Positions 57,094-64,000 of a DNA stretch of 64,000 nt are shown here, one piece after another (position 1 is the stretch's first letter; each line of letters starts with the position of its first letter). Made by a program: the position numbers and the translations under genes. Where the stretch lies: assembly GCA_041644975.1 (NCBI GenBank), contig JBAZQX010000001.1:39274-103273 (forward strand), given 5' to 3'. The stretch comes from Candidatus Doudnabacteria bacterium (GTDB lineage: Bacteria; Patescibacteriota; JAQUNI01). Under the pieces are notes generated by a model. That model ran no database searches, had not been told where the DNA came from, and saw only the letters and a program-made list of their open reading frames with translations.

Positions 57094-59574
57094 TTATTTT
57101 TTCTTTTTCCGTAGAGATATTATTCCTATTGTGATGAGGAGCAAAAATGTGGTCGCGGAAATGTAGGCTCCTATTTTGACATTTTTAGGTTCAAACTTGA
57201 AAATCACATTATGTTTTCCTTGGGTCAGGGCCACGCCGCGAGCAAGGTAATTGGCTCGGTAAATTTTATCTTTTTTCCCATCTATATAAACTTGCCAACC
57301 AGGATAATAAAGGTCACTGAAGATTAAAAAGCCATTGTGAGTTAAATTGGTTTTAATACTAATTTGGTTTGGCGTGTATTGAGTGATCATAGCGTAGGAA
57401 TCTTGGAGATCCTGACTTCCTTGTAAATGCGGTGTTTCTTCAAATACGGCAGTTTTCAAAGGGTTAAAAGCGGAATTATTCAAGCGCTCCAATATTTTAA
57501 TATCCTCGGTAATTACTTCTGCTTGAGGAACGAGAAAAACACGGGGCAGGGCTTTTTGATTTTCATAAATTTTAATCTCCTGATTGTAGACTAATTTAAA
57601 GCCTTCATCTTTAATTTTTTGTTCGGGCGGGGTAAGGATATATTTCACGTTAAAAAGATCAAGAAGAGGAGAATTATAGCGGGTGAGCCAAAGATTGGTA
57701 TGAAATTGGTTTGTGAGATTGGCGCGGTCATTGTTTTCAATAAAGCTCATATATTCATCATAGCGCAAGAGGTAGATATTGTATTCCACACCAATGTCGC
57801 TAACATTGTAGTTAGCTAGAGCGTTCGGAAAGATGACATTCCAGCCATCGGTTGAGCTCACGCGGTACAGGCTGTGATCTTGTTTTAAAAAGGCAACCGG
57901 CGGGATCTCCGGGAAGACATCCCCTCGCTTGGTGGGCATAGGGTTATAAAACCAACCAATATAGAAAAGATCCGCGAGGGTAAGAAGTAAAAAAAGAACT
58001 TTAAGAGAGCAAATTTTTACCTTACGCTGGTAGAACAAAATTAAAAGTACAGAAGTGGCAGCAAGGAGCGCTAACGGCGTATAAACACTGGCGTCAAAGA
58101 GACTAAAGTGGTCTTTTAAAATTTGGTACCAATCCAGTAATTCATTCTGGTAATAATTTATTCCTTGCTCTGGATTTGTTTCCAAAAAATACTTCACGGA
58201 AATTTTTTCCCCTGTCTGGAGAAATAAATTTTTGACCCATGGAAGTCTTAGAAAGAGACAAAATGCAAGTAAAATTACCAAGACCGCGCTAAAGCCCTTT
58301 AAAATATTGAAAACTCTTTTTTTGCTTGCCCGAGGCTTTTGGAAAAAATAATTTAAACCATAAGCGACGAGGACAGAAGAGGCGAAGACGTAGATAATAT
58401 TGGCGCGATAGGTATTCCACATCTTACTCACTAAGGGGAGGTGGAGCGCTCCCTTTGCCCAGAGAGGCGTTAAAAGTTGGAGAAGAATTAAAAGAAGAGA
58501 AGCCCAGAAGAAAAATTTGATTTCCAGTTTTTGTCGCATCTTTTTTCCGCAAGCCAAGAGAGCAAAGAGAAGAGGTAAAAAGCCGATATACGGAAGAGAG
58601 ATGGGAGAAAAATCTAGATGGAGAAGATGGAGGGCGTTTCTTTCTATTTTGGCGAAGGTCTGGAAGTTGGTTTGGGTATCACCGAACATCTGCGGCGCTA
58701 AGGCGGTAAGAAGGTGCCAGGGCGTAATCCATTGCGCAAGTTCATTAGGGCTGCGGTGGCCTAAATTTTGGAGCTCAAGCATTGGCAGGAGTTGGACCGC
58801 TGCTAAAGCAGACATTAAGATGAAAGGGAAAATAGCATAAACCAAGAGCCTTTTGAGATTTTTAGCGGCTTTGGATAATCCCGCAAGTTTCATTAAAACA
58901 TACAAGAAAGCAAAGCCGGTGACATAAAATCCCGTCTGAGGGTGGGCGGCAATAAATTGGAGGCTTAAGAAGATAGTCGCCAGAGCGCTGTAGAAAAACT
59001 TGCGGGTTTGGAAGACCTTTTCTAAACAAAAGAAAATAAAAGGAATACTCCAAAGCGTTTGGGTCATCCAAGGGATTTCAAGCTTCAGCATCACAAGTGT
59101 GTTCAGTATATAAGCCAGAGTGCCGAAGATCCCTGCCCAAGCCTTAATTTTGAGGAGTCGCAAATATAGAAAAAAACCTATACCCGCAAGAAAAATCTTG
59201 ATGATAATTGACCATGAATAAGCAATTTCCGGGGCAAAAAAGATGAATAACGGGCTTGTAAAACTAAGCATTAAGCTCGTGCTATTGGCGAAGATAGGAT
59301 AGCCTCCTGTAAGATACGGCCACCAAAGCGGAAAATGACCCTTTTGAAACTCCGCGCCGTAGAATTTAAAAGTGGGAAAATAGACGGTTGAGGAGTCACT
59401 GCTGGTATAGGGCGGACGCTCCCCTTGGAAAAAGGTGGGCAGATAAGCGCTCCAAGGGAGTTTATCGGATAGCGCTGACATATCCACCAGCACGTGGTTT
59501 TCAAAAATCACCTTATAAAAGAAGCCTAGCACTACGAGAAGAATGAAGAAAAATGGTAGAATTTTTTTGAGCAT
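57094..59574 (-). CDS. YfhO-family GT-C membrane protein
   Basis: D...YFP, PLWWPY..GGYP, HPQ, LAAVQLLP, YIG, NVKYI, ALPRVF and SDLYYPGW.VYIDG...IYRANY. Confidence 0.85.
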   Translation of the reverse strand: MLKKILPFFFILLVVLGFFYKVIFENHVLVDMSALSDKLPWSAYLPTFFQGERPPYTSSDSSTVYFPTFKFYGAEFQKGHFPLWWPYLTGGYPIFANSTSLMLSFTSPLFIFFAPEIAYSWSIIIKIFLAGIGFFLYLRLLKIKAWAGIFGTLAYILNTLVMLKLEIPWMTQTLWSIPFIFFCLEKVFQTRKFFYSALATIFLSLQFIAAHPQTGFYVTGFAFLYVLMKLAGLSKAAKNLKRLLVYAIFPFILMSALAAVQLLPMLELQNLGHRSPNELAQWITPWHLLTALAPQMFGDTQTNFQTFAKIERNALHLLHLDFSPISLPYIGFLPLLFALLACGKKMRQKLEIKFFFWASLLLILLQLLTPLWAKGALHLPLVSKMWNTYRANIIYVFASSVLVAYGLNYFFQKPRASKKRVFNILKGFSAVLVILLAFCLFLRLPWVKNLFLQTGEKISVKYFLETNPEQGINYYQNELLDWYQILKDHFSLFDASVYTPLALLAATSVLLILFYQRKVKICSLKVLFLLLTLADLFYIGWFYNPMPTKRGDVFPEIPPVAFLKQDHSLYRVSSTDGWNVIFPNALANYNVSDIGVEYNIYLLRYDEYMSFIENNDRANLTNQFHTNLWLTRYNSPLLDLFNVKYILTPPEQKIKDEGFKLVYNQEIKIYENQKALPRVFLVPQAEVITEDIKILERLNNSAFNPLKTAVFEETPHLQGSQDLQDSYAMITQYTPNQISIKTNLTHNGFLIFSDLYYPGWQVYIDGKKDKIYRANYLARGVALTQGKHNVIFKFEPKNVKIGAYISATTFLLLITIGIISLRKKKK

Positions 59575-59702
59575 ATTTTAGTATATATTCATTATATTAG
59601 TTTAAGATAAATAAGGGGGGAAATCAAGGTTTTAGATATTTCATTTTCTGTTAGTTTGTGCTACCATATGCTTATATTTCAAACAAGCGAAAGAAAGATT
59701 TT

Positions 59703-60560
59703 ATGAAAAAATTGATTATTAACGCGGATGATTTTGGCTTATCGCGAAGCGTCAATCGCGGCATTATAGAGTGTTTCCAAAGGGGTGTTGTCAGGAGCGC
59801 TACTTTAATGCCGAATATGCCGGGATTTGCAGATGCTGTGCGGCTCGCTAGAGAGAATACAGGTTTGGGCATTGGCGCGCATTTGAATATTTATCGGGGT
59901 AGGCCTGTCTTGCCGCGGGATAAAGTTCCCTCTTTGGTGAATAGAGAAGGGATGTTTTTGGCTTCTTTTGCTCTGGTGCGGCGGATTTATTTGGGTCAGG
60001 TGCATCCTCAAGAGGTGGAGGCGGAGTTTAAAGCGCAGATTGCGAAAATCAAAGAAGCGGGCGTGGCCATCACTCACCTGGACAGTGAAAAGCATTTTCA
60101 CGCTCTGCCGAACATTGCGCCGGTGGTGGCTCGTCTCGCGGCTTATTTTAATATTCCGAGGGTGCGTCTGCCGCGGGAAAAGTGGTCGCCCAAACATTTA
60201 TCTGACCTTCTCTCTTCCCAATTCTATAAAATGCAATATTTAGCTTTCCGCTCTCATTTTTTGGCCGCGGAATTTAAAAAACATAAAATCAAATTTGTTG
60301 ACAATTTCTACGGAATATTATATAGTGGAAAGATTAATTTGCAAGGGTTTCTGAAATTATTGGAACAGTTAGGCCTTAATAATTCAGAATTAATGGTCCA
60401 TCCCGGCTATGTGGACGAGGAATTAGAGGATCTTGCTCGCGAACTCAATAATCATCTTGTGGAAACGCGCGAAGAGGAGCTTAAAATTTTGACCCATCCT
60501 TTGGTGCAAGCCAAAATCCAGGAACGAGGGATCGAACTCATAAATTATCGAGATATCTAG
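59703..60560 (+). CDS. ChbG/HpnK/YdjC-family carbohydrate deacetylase
   Basis: LIINADDFG, GAHLN, HLDSEKH and ELMVHPG; likely start ATG 59703. Confidence 0.9.
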   Translation: MKKLIINADDFGLSRSVNRGIIECFQRGVVRSATLMPNMPGFADAVRLARENTGLGIGAHLNIYRGRPVLPRDKVPSLVNREGMFLASFALVRRIYLGQVHPQEVEAEFKAQIAKIKEAGVAITHLDSEKHFHALPNIAPVVARLAAYFNIPRVRLPREKWSPKHLSDLLSSQFYKMQYLAFRSHFLAAEFKKHKIKFVDNFYGILYSGKINLQGFLKLLEQLGLNNSELMVHPGYVDEELEDLARELNNHLVETREEELKILTHPLVQAKIQERGIELINYRDI

Positions 60561-60578
60561 AATTTTGATTATTAATTT

Positions 60579-61529
60579 ATGTCGTCTCTTAATCTTTCTA
60601 TTATTGTTCCGGTATTGAATGAAGAGAAAAATATTCCCCTGCTCTATAAGCAATTAAAGCAGGTTTTATTTAATTTGCAGAAAAATTGGGAAGTGATCTT
60701 TATTGATGATGGAAGTTATGATAGAACCTTTAAAGTTTTACAAGAATTACACCTTTTAGATCAAGGGGTGAAGGTTATTAAATTTACTCGCAATTTTGGC
60801 AAAGCCGCGGCTTACAGCGCGGGCTTCCGGATGGCGCGAGGCCAGATTATTATCACTATGGATGGCGATTTACAGGATGATCCGCGTGATATTCCTCGTC
60901 TTTTAGAAGCCTTGAGCCAGGGCTATGACTTAGTCACGGGCTGGAAAAATACAGGTAAAAGTTCACCCGCTCAATTTTTAGCCTCTCGTTTTTTTAACCG
61001 TCTTATTACCTTTTTTATGGGTCTTAAGGTTCACGACTTGAATTGTCCTTTAAAAGCTTACCGCGCCGTCGTAGCCAAGCAATTAAATCTTTACGGCGGT
61101 CTTTATCGCTATATTCCGATTTTGGCGCATGATGCGGGTTATCGGGTGGGCGAGATTTCGGTGCAAAATCACCCTCGTAAGTTCGGCAGAAGCAAATACA
61201 AAAGCGGAAAATATTTCAAAAGCCTTTTGGATTTTATCACGATTTATTTCCTTGTTCGCTATTCCCGCAAGCCCTTGCATTTCTTCGGTGTAGCCGGAAT
61301 AGGTTTTGGTTTTTTAGGGACAATAATCGGCTTTTATTTATTGGCAAGAAAATTTATTTATCATATTGAAATTATGAAAGAACACGGGCCCTTGCTCGTG
61401 TTTGCGGTTCTTTTAATAATTGTTGGTTTTCAAATGGTGAGCTTCGGGCTTTTAGCCGAAATGCTGACAAGGATTTATCAGAAAGAAAATCAACAGGAAG
61501 TGTGTTCAGTGGAGAAGGTTTTAGGGTAG
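60579..61529 (+). CDS. GT2 ArnC/GtrB-like undecaprenyl-phosphate glycosyltransferase
   Basis: VPVLNEE, DDGSYD, RNFGK, MDGDLQDDP and R.FGRSKY; 2 C-terminal TM. Confidence 0.9.
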   Translation: MSSLNLSIIVPVLNEEKNIPLLYKQLKQVLFNLQKNWEVIFIDDGSYDRTFKVLQELHLLDQGVKVIKFTRNFGKAAAYSAGFRMARGQIIITMDGDLQDDPRDIPRLLEALSQGYDLVTGWKNTGKSSPAQFLASRFFNRLITFFMGLKVHDLNCPLKAYRAVVAKQLNLYGGLYRYIPILAHDAGYRVGEISVQNHPRKFGRSKYKSGKYFKSLLDFITIYFLVRYSRKPLHFFGVAGIGFGFLGTIIGFYLLARKFIYHIEIMKEHGPLLVFAVLLIIVGFQMVSFGLLAEMLTRIYQKENQQEVCSVEKVLG

Positions 61530-61593
61530 TATTTTGCACTTATGGGGAATACAGCATCTTGCATTTTGTTTGTATTGGAAAAGGAGAATTATA

Positions 61594-62082
61594 ATGGAAA
61601 ATAGTGAAGGACGAATTCAGGTGTGGGGCGACACAGCTATTCTTGTCAATCTGGACGCGCCGCCAGAATTGCCTTTTGACAAAGCGATTATTGAACCAAA
61701 GATAGGTAGAGGTAGTGGTTGGGTTAAAGTTGAAAAGTGCGAGGATGGATTGTATATAAATGACCATAGGGTTATTCTGTATCTATCCGAACAGCAGAAG
61801 GGCGGGAAAGTGATTAGCGGCTTCAAGCTGAACGAGGAGCTTTTAGGAAAGCCCGTGCTTCATCCAAATATTTTAGATGCTCTTCTTGAGCATTTAGACC
61901 TCATTCCGGAGGATTGGAAAAAGCGTTACCTCTATATATTTTTTTGGGCAGTCATTTTCCGCGACTCCGATGGCCGTTTCTTTGTCCGTTTCCTATATTT
62001 CGACGGCGAGCGGTGGCAATGGGGCTACAGCGGGATCTACGTTGGCTGGGATAACGACGACCCCGCGGCGTTGCTCGTCTGA
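61594..62082 (+). CDS. Hypothetical protein with a DGR-variable-region-like C-terminus
   Basis: AAGGAG RBS before ATG 61594; C-terminus IFFWAVIFRDSDGRFFVRFLYFDGERWQWGYSGIYVGWDNDDPAALLV. Confidence 0.7.
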   Translation: MENSEGRIQVWGDTAILVNLDAPPELPFDKAIIEPKIGRGSGWVKVEKCEDGLYINDHRVILYLSEQQKGGKVISGFKLNEELLGKPVLHPNILDALLEHLDLIPEDWKKRYLYIFFWAVIFRDSDGRFFVRFLYFDGERWQWGYSGIYVGWDNDDPAALLV

Positions 62083-62210
62083 AGATCTGGCGTAGCCATG
62101 ACAAGCTGAAAGTCCTGACGGAGGAAGGGTTAGTGCTTTAAGACTTTGTTTCTTGGGTCTTTTGTTTCTTGGAACTAAAGTCCTTGGAATATTGTGCGCT
62201 TACAATTCCA

Positions 62211-62242
62211 GGCCTCACGCAGAAATGCATGAAGCCTTTTTT
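62211..62242 (+). terminator. Hairpin with GAAA loop followed by a T-run (possibly bidirectional)
   Basis: GGCCTCACGCA GAAA TGCATGAAGCC TTTTTT between convergent genes; pairs fully with G-U on the minus strand. Confidence 0.5.
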
Positions 62243-62252
62243 ATTATCTTAA

Positions 62253-62470
62253 CCTTAAATTACGAAATTCACTTTGTCTATTAGCGAGCGATTTTTTCCT
62301 CCCCTTGACCTGCGGGAGGTTAGCCTGCCCGCCATCGCTTCGCTTCAGGCGAGGCGGGCGGGGAAGGGTCTAATAAATGACTATTCTCCCTCCCCCTCTT
62401 ATCTCCCCGCTCAGGGCAGGGGGAGTGTAATCAAGTTTTTCGCAATGACGACATATTTCGTAATTCATAG
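62253..62470. mobile_element. MITE-like element of the same TIR family containing three nested repeat layers
   Basis: CCTTAAATTACGAAAT...ATTTCGTAATTCATAG flanked by TATCTTAA and TATCTTTA. Confidence 0.7.
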
Positions 62471-63601
62471 TATCTTTAATAATTTTTCTTTTGATTTTGC
62501 GTAATTGTTTTCAGAGAGTTTTTGAGAGGCGAGTTGTTGGATGTTTTGATAAAATGTGGAATCAGAAATTAATTTTTCCGCAAGCTCTATCCCCTGCCCT
62601 GTCCCCGCAATATCGGGAATGGACAGTTCGGGGAAGAATTCTAATTGGTTATTGGCGTTTATGCCGATACTAGGCGTGCCTACGGCGGCGCAATCAGCCT
62701 GTAAGCGACCCAAGGTCCAAGTCTGGTCCGTATTAATTACCAGGAAAAAGCATGCGAGTCTTTTTAAGTTTTCCTGCCACTTTAAGAAAGGAATAATCTC
62801 AAAGCGGGCATGCGCCGTTTTTAGTGGGGCAATATTTGAATGGGGGTAATCTATTACCTGGATCAAAAACTCTGGATATTTTTTTTGGATTTGAACTGCG
62901 GCGAATTGGCCAGCGAGATTATCTGTTCGCTCGGTTTCTCCGGCCACGAGAATAATTTTTTCTTTTTTTTCTCTTTTTTTAAAAAACCGGTCGGCATATT
63001 CAAAGGGATAGAATTGCGGAAAATAAGCTACTTTGGTGTGAAGAAAGGATTGGAGATAATCCTGCGCGTCGCGATTCACATTAATAAAAATATCACAATT
63101 ATTAGCAAAGGTTTTAAAAGCGCGAAATTCATTTTCCTTTTTCCAGACCTCGCGCAACGTTCCTAGAGGACTGACAATGGAACCTAAATAGATCGCGTCA
63201 GGATTGATTTTTTTTGTTTTTCTGATTAAATCTGCCATTAGAGGCATAGAGAAGCTGTGCACCAAGAACAAAATAAGATTAAATTTTTTAAGATAATCCA
63301 AATTGCGATAGATTGGTTTTTTTTGAATCTTTTCCAGGGACAGATCTAGTTTGCGGCCGAGTTTATAGGAAAGAGTATGTGGATTTTGATGGCGGCGCAA
63401 AAAGTTGACTGGGATATGCTCGCCAGAGAGCGCCGATGTCCAACAGCCAAAAGAAGTGGGGTCAATTTCCGTTTCAGGATCGCAGAGATAATTAGGTTTT
63501 TCCGGGGTTGGCCGCCAAATCCTCCCTGTTTTGGTGGAATATTCAATACAGGCAAATCTCATTTTTTCTATAGATTTTTGGAAAATTTTATTCTTGGACA
63601 T
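62465..63601 (-). CDS. Hypothetical protein, possibly a divergent GT-B glycosyltransferase
   Basis: 378 aa; TLGRLQADCAAVGTPSIG resembles the GT4 EX7E/G.P region; overlaps the murJ stop. Confidence 0.55.
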   Translation of the reverse strand: MSKNKIFQKSIEKMRFACIEYSTKTGRIWRPTPEKPNYLCDPETEIDPTSFGCWTSALSGEHIPVNFLRRHQNPHTLSYKLGRKLDLSLEKIQKKPIYRNLDYLKKFNLILFLVHSFSMPLMADLIRKTKKINPDAIYLGSIVSPLGTLREVWKKENEFRAFKTFANNCDIFINVNRDAQDYLQSFLHTKVAYFPQFYPFEYADRFFKKREKKEKIILVAGETERTDNLAGQFAAVQIQKKYPEFLIQVIDYPHSNIAPLKTAHARFEIIPFLKWQENLKRLACFFLVINTDQTWTLGRLQADCAAVGTPSIGINANNQLEFFPELSIPDIAGTGQGIELAEKLISDSTFYQNIQQLASQKLSENNYAKSKEKLLKIL

Positions 63602-64000
63602 TGGTTTGGAAGAATTTTTGGTTAATTTTTGCCCGTACCAGTTCTAAAATAAGCTTCATCTCTTTAAGCTTCACCAAATAAGCGCAGAGGAGATAGAGGA
63701 AAGCACTAGAAATAACGACGGCAAGGAGGGCTAAACTTTGATCCCAAAGACGGGAGCGATTAATATGGCTATAAATAAGGGGCTTACTTAAAAAAAGAAA
63801 GATTCCCATCAACAGGCTTGGTAACAAAATTTTAAGATAATATTTATCCCAGAGCACCGATTTTATCTGCGGCAAATAGCGAGTTAAAAAATAAGAATGG
63901 AGGAGGAGAGAAAGAATATTGGTCAGGGAGGTAGCGAGCGCCAACCCTCCGTGAGCCAAGGGTCGGACCAAAAGGAAATTTAAGGCAATGTTAAAAGCAA
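63588..64000 (-). CDS. murJ: Lipid II flippase MurJ/MviN, C-terminal part (runs off the window)
   Basis: The frame stays open to the edge: FNIALNFLLVRPLAHGGLALATS...YLLCAYLVKLKE, the typical MurJ C-terminus. Confidence 0.75.
   Translation of the reverse strand, partial: AFNIALNFLLVRPLAHGGLALATSLTNILSLLLHSYFLTRYLPQIKSVLWDKYYLKILLPSLLMGIFLFLSKPLIYSHINRSRLWDQSLALLAVVISSAFLYLLCAYLVKLKEMKLILELVRAKINQKFFQTNVQE

Noticed and set aside
62274-62504. 76-aa ORF
   Set aside because: It lies almost entirely in the nested repeat cluster and is a translation of palindromes.
890-63625. Numerous 60-130 aa ORFs antisense to or overlapping long genes
   Set aside because: These are shadow ORFs with no motifs, largely contained in well-supported CDSs.

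Overview
This window is AT-rich bacterial DNA in genetic code 11 (TGA is used as a stop). Gene style and the intergenic heptamer and palindromic repeats suggest a Patescibacteria/CPR organism, which is an inference. A cell-surface glycan locus of about 58 kb is bracketed by cell-wall genes: pgeF, mraY, a D,D-carboxypeptidase and scpB on the left, and a partial murJ on the right. The locus encodes a Wzx flippase, about 8 GT4 and 5 GT2 glycosyltransferases and 6 GT-C-type polytopic membrane transferases, one of them split into two genes. It also encodes nucleotide-sugar enzymes (RfbF, RfbG, tyvelose-type 2-epimerase, Rmd/Gmd-like SDR, WecB, a DegT aminotransferase, NeuA and a NeuB-SAF-TIM-barrel fusion), a CysD/CysN sulfate-activation pair next to an AlkP-superfamily protein, a B12 radical SAM enzyme and a methyltransferase. 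Best leads: (1) a plant RGP/GT75 mutase-like gene inside an apparent lipid-linked furanose-sugar transfer module; (2) a cysD-cysN-AlkP glycan-sulfation module with no CysC or classical sulfotransferase in the window; (3) a possible orphan DGR target gene; (4) several palindromic repeat/MITE families that nest inside each other, insert in frame into GT4 linkers and supply stop codons; (5) a dispersed structured element always oriented with transcription. No rRNA, tRNA, CRISPR array, transposase or reverse transcriptase was recognised. All calls come from reading motifs by eye, with no database searches.
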